A stretch of 64,000 bases of DNA from positions 1,828-65,827 of IMG/VR virus record IMGVR_UViG_3300048854_000073. One strand, given 5' to 3'. The notes beneath the pieces were generated by a model, which did not search any database, had not been told where the DNA came from, and saw nothing but the letters and a program-made list of their open reading frames with translations. Shown here piece by piece: positions 7,755 to 16,921 of this stretch. Position 1 is the stretch's first letter. Each line of letters begins with the position of its first letter. Source of the DNA: a virus. Taxonomy: Duplodnaviria > Caudoviricetes. The position numbers were made by a program, and so were the translations under genes.

Positions 7755-8355
7755 TTTGCTGTCCGGGGTAACCGTTCTGCACCAGTACCGAGTTGTACAG
7801 GCTCACCACAGCGTCACGGGAGGGCAGGACGACGTTGCCACCCTTCACCGTAGGCTTGGCCACCCGAGCCCTTGCCTGCGGCCCTGCCGACGCATTCTGG
7901 ATCGCAGGAACGATGATCTGCAGAGCTGCCACGATGGAGATCAGCAATGCCAGTCCCGAGGTGATCGCCGTCCGCGCTTGCGCATTCTCGATCAGAATGC
8001 CATCCAACACGCTCGGAAGCTGGCTGGCCAGTTGGTTCAGCGTGTCGCCGATCTTACCGAGAACGGTATCGGAGGGCGAAGTCTTGTAATCGTGGATCAG
8101 CGTTACCAGCTCATTCAGAGTGGTCTGGACGATCTGCGCTGCCTGTCGAATCTTCCCCGCAATTGCCGCCGTAATCTGGTTGTTCGCCTCGGCCACTGCC
8201 ACCACACCGAGGACGGATGTCAGGATTACCGTGGCGGTCTGCGCATCGGCCTCTGCATTGTCCATCCAGTTCTTCGCCGGGCATCCCACCGTTGCCAGCA
8301 AAAAAGGAGAGGCCACCACGGCCGTAGAACCACCCAAAAACGCACGTCGATTCAT
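7747..8355 (-). CDS. Putative Tat-exported lipoprotein in the lysis-like cassette
   Basis: MNRRAFL twin-arginine motif, hydrophobic stretch, lipobox TVGC; long amphipathic helices. Confidence 0.7.
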   Translation of the reverse strand: MNRRAFLGGSTAVVASPFLLATVGCPAKNWMDNAEADAQTATVILTSVLGVVAVAEANNQITAAIAGKIRQAAQIVQTTLNELVTLIHDYKTSPSDTVLGKIGDTLNQLASQLPSVLDGILIENAQARTAITSGLALLISIVAALQIIVPAIQNASAGPQARARVAKPTVKGGNVVLPSRDAVVSLYNSVLVQNGYPGQQIE

Positions 8356-8398
8356 GTGATATCTCCATGTAGGCTACAGCCTACACAGAGATATCACA
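8355..8398. promoter_or_regulatory. Perfect operator (8368-8385) nested in an extended inverted repeat covering the RBS
   Basis: TGTGATATCTC...TGTAGGCTACAGCCTACA...GAGATATCACA. Confidence 0.8.
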
Positions 8399-8414
8399 CT
8401 TCTCATGTCGCTTT

Positions 8415-8684
8415 CTACGATTTTTCGGGAGGCTTCCAACCTGCGCGGATCATCGCATCGCTTGCGTCGTCGATTCCCTGCATGTAGCAGGAATTCGCCA
8501 AAATCTGAAGATATTGCGCCTTTGATCCAGCGTAAATCCATGCCGAAACCAAGCCGATAGTTCGATCCTTTGCAATCTCCACCATAGCGACAGGCGGGAT
8601 GAAGCCCTTCAACCCGAATCGTTCACCGATCTTGTAGGGCGGCTTCAGGTTTCTACGCATTGTGGGACGTTTCTTCCGCTTCAT
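8415..8684 (-). CDS. Hypothetical protein
   Basis: ORF in tightly coupled leftward operon. Confidence 0.55.
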   Translation of the reverse strand: MKRKKRPTMRRNLKPPYKIGERFGLKGFIPPVAMVEIAKDRTIGLVSAWIYAGSKAQYLQILANSCYMQGIDDASDAMIRAGWKPPEKS

Positions 8685-8961
8685 GGAAGCGTTCGGTTGC
8701 TTCCATATCCAGCTTTTGTCGAAACACGCGGAAATCCGCCATCAGGGCAATCGCCGCACCGTCCGGGAAATCGCTTTTTTCAAAGAAGTGCAAAATGATC
8801 GCATCGGCTTCCGTTCGCGAACTCATTTGCAGGATATCCATCGCGATGTTTCTTGCGTCCGCAATGGAGAGCTGTGCAATGCGGCCGTTTTCGTTTTCGA
8901 GAACGACATAGGGCTGTTTGTCGCGAAGAGCAACGATTCCACCCACAATAATCGAATTCAC
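8653..8961 (-). CDS. Hypothetical protein
   Basis: ATGA overlap with upstream gene. Confidence 0.7.
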   Translation of the reverse strand: MNSIIVGGIVALRDKQPYVVLENENGRIAQLSIADARNIAMDILQMSSRTEADAIILHFFEKSDFPDGAAIALMADFRVFRQKLDMEATERFHEAEETSHNA

Positions 8962-9296
8962 TGGTTAGTCTCCTTTTGTTCTTTTTTCATCTCTTCCACC
9001 TTTCCCGGCAAACAAAACGTACACATAAACTCGAAGTTCTCTGGACCTTTTTCGACCATCAACTCCTGCGATGACGGCGAAATCCAGCCTTTTTGGCCGC
9101 AGGAACACGTCACCTGTTTCGAGCCGATGATGTCGGTTGAGGGTCCGATCACCAAGGCGATCTTTTCTCCCGGCTCCGGAGGGCCAAGCTCCGCCGCGTT
9201 GCCGATCAGCCCTTTGCGAAACGCATCTTTGAGCATGCGCGCCTGTGGGCTGTCCGACTCTAAAAACTTTCGTATTGCCTCCCGCTCCATTGGCAT
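8958..9296 (-). CDS. Hypothetical Zn-binding protein
   Basis: CSCG...CTFC. Confidence 0.65.
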   Translation of the reverse strand: MPMEREAIRKFLESDSPQARMLKDAFRKGLIGNAAELGPPEPGEKIALVIGPSTDIIGSKQVTCSCGQKGWISPSSQELMVEKGPENFEFMCTFCLPGKVEEMKKEQKETNQ

Positions 9297-9308
9297 TGTC
9301 TTTCCCTC

Positions 9309-9596
9309 TCACAGCCATGTTTCAACAATCGTCGGATCGTCCGCAGGGTCGCGCTGAAACATCGCACAATACTTCGGAACCTGCGCGCGAGCCTCATCCA
9401 GCGACATGCACACCACGCCGAATCGATGAACCTTGATCTCTCCTTCTCCATTCGCCAGATGCATCCGCACCACGAAATGAGCCGGGAAGTCCAAAGGATG
9501 TTCGTAGATCGTCCACATCGGCATCAATCCATGCTCGATGTACTTGTTTGCGTAAACGGCCGCAGCAAAGCTGGCCTCGGCATCGTGTATCTCCAT
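9309..9596 (-). CDS. Hypothetical protein
   Basis: Start moved to ATG 9596; WTIYEHPLDFP...DDPTIVETWL. Confidence 0.65.
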   Translation of the reverse strand: MEIHDAEASFAAAVYANKYIEHGLMPMWTIYEHPLDFPAHFVVRMHLANGEGEIKVHRFGVVCMSLDEARAQVPKYCAMFQRDPADDPTIVETWL

Positions 9597-9597
9597 G

Positions 9598-10242
9598 TCA
9601 TTTCCTTGGCAGAAAGCGCGTTGCGGCTCGCACAAGCTTCTGCAGGGCCTCTTCATCGTGTTCTGTGCCGACCTGCGCTGCCTCACGCAGAAAGGGTAGG
9701 CCGCTTACAATCGACTGCTCTACCTCGGCACGCATGGCTGGCCGTCCCTGCACATACCACTCCACCTGAAACGGCGAGCCCATATCGAAGACGACGCCGG
9801 GATTCACCTTCTCTGCTGTGTAGCGATAGCAAAACCAGAGCATCACGACGCCGGGATTGCGCAGAATCGCCCCTTGAGCCATCTGCTTTTCCGGTAAACC
9901 ATCATCTCTGCGTATCATGTGCGGTTTGACGAGAAATGGGCAGGCCATCGCCGCATAGCGCGCGCATTCACGATGCGAGGGAGGCTCTGAGCTGATGCGA
10001 TTGATAGCGCACATAGGACCGGCGACGAAGACCATCTCGCGAAACAAGCGGCCTCCGCATATCCAGCACAGCCGCTCGTTCACGCATAGCACCAGCTTCT
10101 TTGCATCCATGATGCGAAACTCCGGCTTGCCGTCGATCCACTGAACGAAGTACGGCACCGGGTAACCGCGTTCGTCGATGGGAAGCTTCTGCATGAACAG
10201 CGGAGGCGAAGGAATGTCATGACGCAGTGCAGTCGTGCTCAT
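9598..10242 (-). CDS. Conserved phage Cys-rich hypothetical protein
   Basis: RGYPVPYFV...LCWICG...EPPSHRECARYAAMACPFL. Confidence 0.75.
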   Translation of the reverse strand: MSTTALRHDIPSPPLFMQKLPIDERGYPVPYFVQWIDGKPEFRIMDAKKLVLCVNERLCWICGGRLFREMVFVAGPMCAINRISSEPPSHRECARYAAMACPFLVKPHMIRRDDGLPEKQMAQGAILRNPGVVMLWFCYRYTAEKVNPGVVFDMGSPFQVEWYVQGRPAMRAEVEQSIVSGLPFLREAAQVGTEHDEEALQKLVRAATRFLPRK

Positions 10243-10424
10243 TGGATCGTCATCTCCTCTTCCGTGGTAACGACGTTCATGTCATGACGCTTGCACCAGA
10301 CCTGAAAAAATCCTTCTTTGGTCAGGCCCACTTCGATAGATTGCCAGTCCATCGCGCTCACACCTTTCGGCCGCTCTTCAAGACATTTCCGGCAATGAAA
10401 ATGGCGATTGATGTCACTCGGCAT
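10239..10424 (-). CDS. Small Zn-binding hypothetical protein
   Basis: HCRKC...WCKRH. Confidence 0.6.
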   Translation of the reverse strand: MPSDINRHFHCRKCLEERPKGVSAMDWQSIEVGLTKEGFFQVWCKRHDMNVVTTEEEMTIQ

Positions 10425-10635
10425 GCGTCACTTCCTCAAATCCCAAAAATGGCAGCTCTTCCGCCTTCAGTCCATGCAGCGCGATGTAGTGGCGAGGCAC
10501 CATCCAGCTCCGATCCTCACGCGTCACTTTGATGAACTCCCCGCTCTCGGCCACAAGCCGCTCCATAAACTGTCGCGACTCGTCGTTCTCGTAGTGCAGT
10601 GGCCTGCCGCATTTGCATAGAATTTCTGTCGTCAT
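10414..10635 (-). CDS. Small hypothetical protein
   Basis: TGATG coupling; LCKCGRPLH. Confidence 0.6.
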   Translation of the reverse strand: MTTEILCKCGRPLHYENDESRQFMERLVAESGEFIKVTREDRSWMVPRHYIALHGLKAEELPFLGFEEVTHAE

Positions 10636-10940
10636 CAATTGGGCCTCTCCTTCCACATCTCTTCAGGCACAACGCCGAGCTTCTTCGAAAACTCCTGCAC
10701 GGCGATCTGTGCCTGCATCGGACCTTCCGGGAATGCCGCACGAAAGATGCAGAAGTACAGCTCCATCGCTCCGCGCATCACCTTTGCTCCATGGTCGTCT
10801 GCCGTCACTGCGGCCATATTCGAAGCGAGCATATACGATGCCGACAGCAGCAGCACCATCTTCTGCTCCAGCGAAAACCCTGCCACGTCCATCGACTGCA
10901 AAACGTCTCTCAAATCCATAAAAACTCCACTTTCACCCAA
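10635..10940 (-). CDS. Hypothetical protein
   Basis: ORF in operon. Confidence 0.55.
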   Translation of the reverse strand: MGESGVFMDLRDVLQSMDVAGFSLEQKMVLLLSASYMLASNMAAVTADDHGAKVMRGAMELYFCIFRAAFPEGPMQAQIAVQEFSKKLGVVPEEMWKERPN

Positions 10941-11303
10941 TTCACGTAACTCGGATGCGTAACCGATTTCGCATAGTCATGCGCTTCGCGATCCATGCGC
11001 ACGAAGATTCTCTCTTCTTCACTACTGCCGAGACTTTGATCGTGCTCAAAATTAACGTCGGTGTAGCACCACTGCCTCCCGTACTCCGGCATCGCGTCTC
11101 CGGGAATGATTCCCGCCGTGACCGTCCAGAATGCCTTCGCTCTCAACCCTCTTGCTCCAGCTCGATCTTCCGGCTGTGCAGAAATATCACCAGCTTGTCC
11201 TTCCATTCTAAAAACTCCTTATAGTGGGCTGCGAGTAAACAGTTTGCGGCGTAGCTTCTGATCTCCGCCAGCTCTTCTGCTGTAGGTGGACGCCAGTCTT
11301 CTT

Positions 11304-11807
11304 TCAATTCGCTCTGGCCTTTCGATTGTCGATAGTCTCCTGAATAAACTTGCGCGCAGCTACCATGGCTTCACTGCTCAGAAGCTCTTCATCCGTCTCC
11401 GGCACGAAGACTCCATCCTTCGAAAACAGAATGACGTTCGCGCAATACGCGCAGATAATCACAATACCCGGCTTCAGGCCACCGCCATACGCGCGCAATT
11501 CCTCCGGAAGCAAGCCATCGCAGCAAGGGCAGATGAGCGGCTTCCAGCCCTTCTTCACGCGGTCTATGACCTCCAGCGCTGCAGCCTGAAGCTTGAGGAT
11601 TTGAGGATCGCTCAACACCTCTGGCCTGCCTTCAGGGGCAAAGTTGTCGCCCTCCATCACCCGCAGGATCGCCCCGCAATCCATGCAGATCGAGACATCA
11701 CCCGGCTCAGGCTTCGCGTCCCCTTCGAGAGGTGAAACGCCATCCATCTCGTACCCGCACTTTGGGCACAACCGCTTCGGAACTCTAAACGAAGCCATCT
11801 TCTTCAA
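11304..11807 (-). CDS. Double Zn-ribbon protein
   Basis: Two internal repeats: CPKC...ICMDC and CPCC...ICAYC. Confidence 0.7.
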   Translation of the reverse strand: MKKMASFRVPKRLCPKCGYEMDGVSPLEGDAKPEPGDVSICMDCGAILRVMEGDNFAPEGRPEVLSDPQILKLQAAALEVIDRVKKGWKPLICPCCDGLLPEELRAYGGGLKPGIVIICAYCANVILFSKDGVFVPETDEELLSSEAMVAARKFIQETIDNRKARAN

Positions 11808-12139
11808 TGGGACCTCCCGCCTGCCATCTTCGCAATATGAATCATCGCCTGAGCTACACCGTCTATCGACTCATCGAACTTGTAGCCGCGCTCCAGCCAC
11901 TTCATAAACTCCGCCTTGTCGCCCTGCAGGCGTCGGTATAGCTCGGCGCTGTCGGGCTCATAGGCGATGAAGACGCTGAATCGTTGCGGGAACTGCGGAG
12001 GCGGTAACACCCCGCTATCGGCTGCAGGCTCCAGCGTCACCGGATCAGCCATCGCCATGCGGTCCACGTTGTTCTTCTCCAAGATCACCAGCAACAGGCT
12101 CCGCTGCTGGATCGGATCATTCACCATCGTCGCAATCAA
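11804..12139 (-). CDS. Hypothetical protein
   Basis: Coupled ORF. Confidence 0.6.
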   Translation of the reverse strand: MIATMVNDPIQQRSLLLVILEKNNVDRMAMADPVTLEPAADSGVLPPPQFPQRFSVFIAYEPDSAELYRRLQGDKAEFMKWLERGYKFDESIDGVAQAMIHIAKMAGGRSH

Positions 12140-12408
12140 GCTTTTGCTCCTTTGCGTTTCGATTTCTTCTGCTGCGCCTGCAGCTTCTCTAGGACTCCGA
12201 GAGTCGCCATCACGCCATCCACGATGCCCTGCCTGTGTCCGTTCCTGCGCGCCACAGCCGCCGACAGGACCGACAGGGTTAGCTCTTCCAGCGTGACGCC
12301 TTCCCGCTTGGCGTCCTCCAGCAGTTCCGCATGCAGCTTCACCGGAATTGTTACCTCAATCACTCCCGGAACCGGCTCCAGCACCTTCTTCGTCGTCTTC
12401 TTCGGCAT
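12136..12408 (-). CDS. Ribbon-helix-helix-like DNA-binding protein
   Basis: IEVTIPVKLHAELLEDAKREGVTLEELTLSVL is a CopG/Arc-like pattern. Confidence 0.65.
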   Translation of the reverse strand: MPKKTTKKVLEPVPGVIEVTIPVKLHAELLEDAKREGVTLEELTLSVLSAAVARRNGHRQGIVDGVMATLGVLEKLQAQQKKSKRKGAKA

Positions 12409-12809
12409 CAGTGCTTAGCCTCCCTCGCCATCGTTGCCGCCATCTTCTCCTCCGCCTCCTCGTGAAACGAGGCAGGGCAACCCACCCAACGCGAGTGCCG
12501 GAGCAACCCCATCAACAAGGGGCCGATCCCGCCTCCGATGTCTTGAACCTGCAGCGTCAGCTCTCTGGATGCCGTCAAGATGCGAAGCGAACAAACCTGA
12601 GCGCTCGCGGCTGTTCCTTCCTTCGAACACACCAGAAGAGCCTCGTTGCACTCATCTGTAAATCGCGCCAGCTCCGCAATCATCGTCAACATGACGACGT
12701 GATTTCTGATGTCTTCGCGCGTGGTCACAATGGACCGGCGCGCCTCATCCACCGTCGCCTCGTTACCGGGCCTAGCCCACGTCTCATTCTCGATTTCGGC
12801 TTCCGTCAT
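12408..12809 (-). CDS. Hypothetical protein
   Basis: GGAGG RBS; first gene after operator/promoter. Confidence 0.7.
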   Translation of the reverse strand: MTEAEIENETWARPGNEATVDEARRSIVTTREDIRNHVVMLTMIAELARFTDECNEALLVCSKEGTAASAQVCSLRILTASRELTLQVQDIGGGIGPLLMGLLRHSRWVGCPASFHEEAEEKMAATMAREAKH

Positions 12810-12822
12810 TCAAATCCTCCCC

Positions 12823-12840
12823 TGTAGGCTGCGACCTACA
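12823..12840. promoter_or_regulatory. 18-bp operator copy (TGTAGGCTGCGACCTACA)
   Basis: 13 bp upstream of ATG 12809. Confidence 0.75.
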
Positions 12841-12869
12841 CTGTATATCACTTGCGCTTTCACTTGCGC
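12840..12869 (-). promoter_or_regulatory. Promoter with two GCGCAAGTG repeats and -10 TACAGT
   Basis: Repeat-3 nt-repeat-3 nt-TAnnnT, as at 7353-7382. Confidence 0.55.
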
Positions 12870-12959
12870 ATTAAATTTTCGGGGACAGGAGGAAGCCGAT
12901 TGCAGCCCCGATCAGAATCGGGGTCACGACATCCACAACGAACCTAAGCATCACCATCG

Positions 12960-13154
12960 TCACTCGCATGCCACACGCCTCGCGTCCTCGTCCAGATGCC
13001 GGTTGATGCACTCCCCACACCACCAATCGCAGAGCGGATCGCCGTTGCCGATGATGTCGTGATCGTTGCAGGGCTTGCCGCACTCGCAGCATTTGCCGTC
13101 CATAGGGCAGTCGCAGGTGCCGTCCGGCCGGAAGTGATTCTCGATCCCCTTCAC
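12960..13154 (-). CDS. Small Cys-rich protein
   Basis: Multiple CxxC motifs. Confidence 0.55.
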   Translation of the reverse strand: MKGIENHFRPDGTCDCPMDGKCCECGKPCNDHDIIGNGDPLCDWWCGECINRHLDEDARRVACE

Positions 13155-13522
13155 TCCGGCACCTTCTTCTCCATCCTCATGAAGACGAAAGGAAGATTCT
13201 CGAATTCGCGCTTGAACTTCTCAAAGTCGCCATCGTTCATCAGCTCATAGAGCTTGCCACCCCTCGAAACCTCCTCCAGCTTCCGCGCAGCAGCGCGAAT
13301 CCCGGCCACCACGTAGGCTCGCGTTTGGGATGGCTCCGCTCTGTACCAATTCTTGCGATCTTTGGAGTCGAAGACCTTATCGTCCTTGTAGTAGCGAAAG
13401 CGATACATCACCTCGTACTTACGCTCCGGCTCGATCTCGCGAACCGAAGCCATCCAGTCCTGATACCCCGGAATGGTTTCGAGATACCAAAAGCCCACGA
13501 TCTTCTTATCAAACCGAATCAT
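13151..13522 (-). CDS. Hypothetical protein
   Basis: Start moved to ATG 13522 (MIRFDKKIVGFWY). Confidence 0.65.
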   Translation of the reverse strand: MIRFDKKIVGFWYLETIPGYQDWMASVREIEPERKYEVMYRFRYYKDDKVFDSKDRKNWYRAEPSQTRAYVVAGIRAAARKLEEVSRGGKLYELMNDGDFEKFKREFENLPFVFMRMEKKVPE

Positions 13523-14039
13523 TCGCCCCGCCCCGCCTCTCCGTCTCCTCTTGCCGCTGCCTCGCCGCATCGATCTGCCAGCCTGCATCGCCAAGGCGTT
13601 CCTTCAATCGATCCCGCTCCTCAATCGCGCGTTGCGCCCGATCCAGCGCATCTCCGGCGATCCGTCTGGCATCGACAAGTTCGGCCTCCAGCTTCGCGCA
13701 GTCGGCATGAAGCACATAGTCCCCATCCGGGTCCTTCACCCTGCGCGTATCGAGCCAAGTACGTCCGGAGCCGCTGTCGCTCCATTCCTCATGCGGCACC
13801 ACCTTGTACCGCTGCAACTGGTTACAGTTTGTAACCGGTTCCTTCTGCGGAGGAGGATCAAACGGCCACCTGCCCTGCTGCAGGATGGCGATCTGCGCTG
13901 CGGCTCTCAGGTCCTCATCCGGCACATCGCGCTCACACAGGTTGCAAATCTTCAACACGATGTCATCGCTGTATGGGCCGGGGTCCTCGTAGTGAAACCC
14001 GCCATCGTGCTTGCATTCCTTCGGCTCCATCTCGCTCAT
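13509..14039 (-). CDS. Hypothetical protein with C-terminal coiled coil
   Basis: GGAGG RBS; ATGA coupling. Confidence 0.65.
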   Translation of the reverse strand: MSEMEPKECKHDGGFHYEDPGPYSDDIVLKICNLCERDVPDEDLRAAAQIAILQQGRWPFDPPPQKEPVTNCNQLQRYKVVPHEEWSDSGSGRTWLDTRRVKDPDGDYVLHADCAKLEAELVDARRIAGDALDRAQRAIEERDRLKERLGDAGWQIDAARQRQEETERRGGANDSV

Positions 14040-15043
14040 AGACCACCTCCACGAAAGAACGGCTCAATCCAGAGAGTACGGCGCAGGGTGCGACCGGGAC
14101 CGTGGGGCTGTTCGCGCCAGAAGCCCGACACCCAATGACCGCGAGGCGAAGCATGATTGCCGTCACCGAGGTGATGCTCGCGCCGAATCTTGTAGGAGCG
14201 CCCGATCACATGAGGGGACCAGTATTCGATGAAGCCGCTCTTGCCGAAGCGAACCCGCTTCAATATCTGGCCGCACTCCACCATCTCGCTCTTGGCCGTC
14301 ATCAGCAGCAGGATGTTGAAAAGCAGGTTCACGCATCGCGTCATCACCGCCTGATCGGAGCTATCAAGTTGAGTCTCCCTGAGCGCGCTGTCATGCCAAG
14401 GTTGGGCCTCTAAGTCCTCTCCAACCTGCTTGAAGTCGATGAGCCGGTAGCTGTCATCCAGCGTCCAGTGCAGGGTGCAGCCGTTGTGGACCCGCGCGAA
14501 GATGTTGAAGTTGGTCTTCATGCAGTGCAGCTCCAACTTGCTCGGAAGGGGGTAGGGCACCGGCTCGCGATGGTTCTCCATCGTTCGGCTGTAAGAGACG
14601 AAAGAGATGTAACCTTCCTCGCCGGGGTGCGGAAGCAAGTCGCGTGGCAGCATGAAGGCCGCACACGGCAATGGCAGCTTCATATCCGTCCAGTCAATCG
14701 TTTCGACTGGCGTGGTCTTCAGCAGCGCCTCAGCCAGATCGCGACTCAGGTAATAGGTAGGCACCTTGTAGCGCACCATCAGCGATGCCCACAGCACCTC
14801 GGCCTGCTCGTTTATTCCACCCTTGTGTTGGACGTAGGAGAAAATTGCATCGATCAGCGCCCGTCCCACCGCTTTAGGGCTGTCATAAGAACCGACATCG
14901 CTATAGCGTCGCGGATAGAGGCGATTCCAGAACTCGGGATAGTCCTTCTCTGTGCTCTCGTAGAGCATCAATGACTGCTGCCAGCTCTCCGCCTTGGTCA
15001 ACGTCGCCTTTGTCGTCGTTGCAAACCTCACTGCGGCCTCCAT
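14036..15043 (-). CDS. Conserved phage hypothetical protein
   Basis: C-terminal HASPRGHWVSGFWREQPHGPGRTLRRTLWIEPF motif, recurrent in phage proteins. Confidence 0.8.
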   Translation of the reverse strand: MEAAVRFATTTKATLTKAESWQQSLMLYESTEKDYPEFWNRLYPRRYSDVGSYDSPKAVGRALIDAIFSYVQHKGGINEQAEVLWASLMVRYKVPTYYLSRDLAEALLKTTPVETIDWTDMKLPLPCAAFMLPRDLLPHPGEEGYISFVSYSRTMENHREPVPYPLPSKLELHCMKTNFNIFARVHNGCTLHWTLDDSYRLIDFKQVGEDLEAQPWHDSALRETQLDSSDQAVMTRCVNLLFNILLLMTAKSEMVECGQILKRVRFGKSGFIEYWSPHVIGRSYKIRREHHLGDGNHASPRGHWVSGFWREQPHGPGRTLRRTLWIEPFFRGGGL

Positions 15044-15279
15044 CGATCCATCTCCAGCTTGGTCATAGTCCCCACCTCGTAGGCGTTGTCACCGATCACC
15101 GTGACAGGAATGAACCCGGTCACGATCCCGCCACGCTCCGTATGCACAGCGCCATCCACAGGAACCAAAGCCAGCGATTGCCCGTTCGGAGATACCAGCA
15201 CGACACCGCAGATGCACCAATCGTCATTGGACCCGAGACGCCTGACGCGCACTCGATCCCCCTTCTTCACCTCGGTCAC
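15028..15279 (-). CDS. Small SH3/KOW-like protein
   Basis: VKKGDRVRV beta-rich pattern. Confidence 0.55.
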   Translation of the reverse strand: MTEVKKGDRVRVRRLGSNDDWCICGVVLVSPNGQSLALVPVDGAVHTERGGIVTGFIPVTVIGDNAYEVGTMTKLEMDRWRPQ

Positions 15280-15566
15280 TTACCCTCCTTGCAATAGCTC
15301 TCCAAAAGCTCAACCGCCATCGACTGCATGTCCATCTGTTCATCCGTCTTCGGGACCATCCGCGCATACAGCTCCACGGTCGTCCTCGCCAGATAGCCGC
15401 CAACGGGTTTCGGGATCGGCGGTTGCGCTACCTTGAACTCTTCCGGTTCATAGAGCGTGCCACCCACCGGGCAATACCAAATCCCCTTCAGTCGGTTCGC
15501 CTTCAAGTGTCTCTTGCGAAGCTGTCTGCAATGCTTGCAAAGCGGCACATACGTCCTCACGGTCAT
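15276..15566 (-). CDS. Hypothetical Zn-finger protein
   Basis: Start at ATG 15566 (ATGA overlap); CKHC...WYCP. Confidence 0.55.
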   Translation of the reverse strand: MTVRTYVPLCKHCRQLRKRHLKANRLKGIWYCPVGGTLYEPEEFKVAQPPIPKPVGGYLARTTVELYARMVPKTDEQMDMQSMAVELLESYCKEGK

Positions 15567-15799
15567 CCCGCATCCTCCCCATACACAATCACTCGCTCTT
15601 CGGCCACCGGACCCGCCACGGTCTTCGTAGCGCGATTGGTGGGCATCGCAGAGCGCGCCTCCATCCACTTGTAGCTCTTGCAACGTGGACAGACCCTCGG
15701 CAATGCATCCGGATTCATAGGCTCCCAATCCCATCCGCAACGCTCGCATTTCAGTTCGGTAGTAGTAGTAGTCAAGCCATTGTCCTCCAACACGATCAC
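15563..15799 (-). CDS. Zn-ribbon protein (paralogue of 22360-22572)
   Basis: CERCGWDW...PRVCPRCKSYKW; start uncertain. Confidence 0.65.
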   Translation of the reverse strand: MIVLEDNGLTTTTTELKCERCGWDWEPMNPDALPRVCPRCKSYKWMEARSAMPTNRATKTVAGPVAEERVIVYGEDAG

Positions 15800-15825
15800 C
15801 TACTACAACTACTACTAATCGCCCC

Positions 15826-15843
15826 TGTAGTCTAGGGCCTACT
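15826..15843. promoter_or_regulatory. Degenerate operator copy (TGTAGTCTAGGGCCTACT)
   Basis: At head of the leftward small-gene operon. Confidence 0.45.
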
Positions 15844-16500
15844 TTTTCTATTTTTTTTGCTGTAAAAAACCGGGCTGGCGGATGCGTCAATGCCATGGGT
15901 GGGGGTGGGGGTGCGGACAAATAAATTAGCCCGGGCCATGGCCTATCTAGTCCATTGGAGCGGGTCGAACCCATGCCCTGAGCGTTGGGATGCGTGCCCT
16001 GTAACCCATTCCGTAGAATTAGCCTCTGCATGCCCAAACATCAATGTTTACGGGCATTTATGCGTCTAGCCAACGCGTGCAACTACTAGACAATGGCGCG
16101 CGTCATGGCCTGCGTTTAGACCTGCGTTTGCGCAGGTCTTGATAACGGTACAAAAACCTTTTGAGCTTGCCCCGCAAGGGCCTCACGTCACGGAATAGCG
16201 CTCTATGAAACCTGTACAGGGTATGCAGGTTTAGAGATGGGCTGCATGATGATCCTGATGGAGGTGGGATGTCTCAGGCCATTCATCTTTGTCTTAGGCC
16301 TTTATGCATGTTCTGTTCTTAGGGAAGGAGGAGAAGAGTGTTTCGGGTTCGGGTTTATGTCCAAACGGCCTGACGGCCATGAGTGAAACCTTATGGGAGA
16401 GGTTTCGGGTTCATGGCCGTCAGTTTGCCGGGTTACGTACCGGCCACAGCTACCACGCTGCACGATTCACTTACCGCTAAAGGATTCGGCACGGTGAACG
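15844..16500. other. Non-coding hairpin-rich region, candidate packaging site or genome end
   Basis: T/A tracts, GGGTGGGGGTGGGGG (15897-15911), hairpins 16118-16139 and 16370-16423; lies at the strand switch. Confidence 0.45.
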
Positions 16501-16501
16501 T

Positions 16502-16783
16502 CTATGCGTCTTCCAGTCTAGTGACGCGTTTATCTAGCTCGGTGTGAAGCTTCACCACTGTCATGGTATCGGCGTGCATCTGTGCAAGCTTGCCGTTGAA
16601 CTCGGTTCGTACCTGCAATATCTCGGCACGGATACTGCCAAGGTCAGAACGTAAAAGCTGCAGGTCAGAGCGGATATCAGTACGCAAGTCCTGCGATTCC
16701 CTCCGATTCAGGAAATAGGCAAGGATGACAACGATGGTCGGAATTGAGGCCGTTGCAATGGCCGTTATGGTTTGGTCAGTCAT
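16502..16783 (-). CDS. Single-TM coiled-coil protein
   Basis: Hydrophobic N-terminal helix plus heptad repeats ending RVTRLE; AAGGAG RBS. Confidence 0.7.
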   Translation of the reverse strand: MTDQTITAIATASIPTIVVILAYFLNRRESQDLRTDIRSDLQLLRSDLGSIRAEILQVRTEFNGKLAQMHADTMTVVKLHTELDKRVTRLEDA

Positions 16784-16846
16784 AGCGAGAATTACTCCTT
16801 TGGTGCCCATGGGTGACGGGCTGAAATTATTCTATCAAATACCGTG

Positions 16847-16877
16847 TTGACAGTGTTCACTGTAAATGCTGTACAAT
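16847..16877 (+). promoter_or_regulatory. Sigma70-type early promoter TTGACA-19 bp-TACAAT with overlapping dyad
   Basis: Consensus -35, near-consensus -10; dyad TTGACAGTG-TT-CACTGTAAA at 16847-16866. Confidence 0.6.
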
Positions 16878-16884
16878 GCTTTAA

Positions 16885-16905
16885 GAAGACGGAAGACGGA
16901 AGACG
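16885..16905 (+). repeat. 3 x GAAGACG tandem repeat in the early leader
   Basis: Read directly. Confidence 0.8.
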
Positions 16906-16921
16906 CAAAGGAGAACTCGCA

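Noticed and set aside
15760-15818. Inverted (TAG)n/(CTA)n microsatellite around a GGAGG
   Set aside because: Could be a translational hairpin, but it is equally explained by a poly-Thr codon run; there is only one instance.
15567-16037. N-terminal extension of ORF 15276-16037
   Set aside because: It overlaps another gene and the non-coding G/T-tract region; an ATGA-coupled start at 15566 is better.
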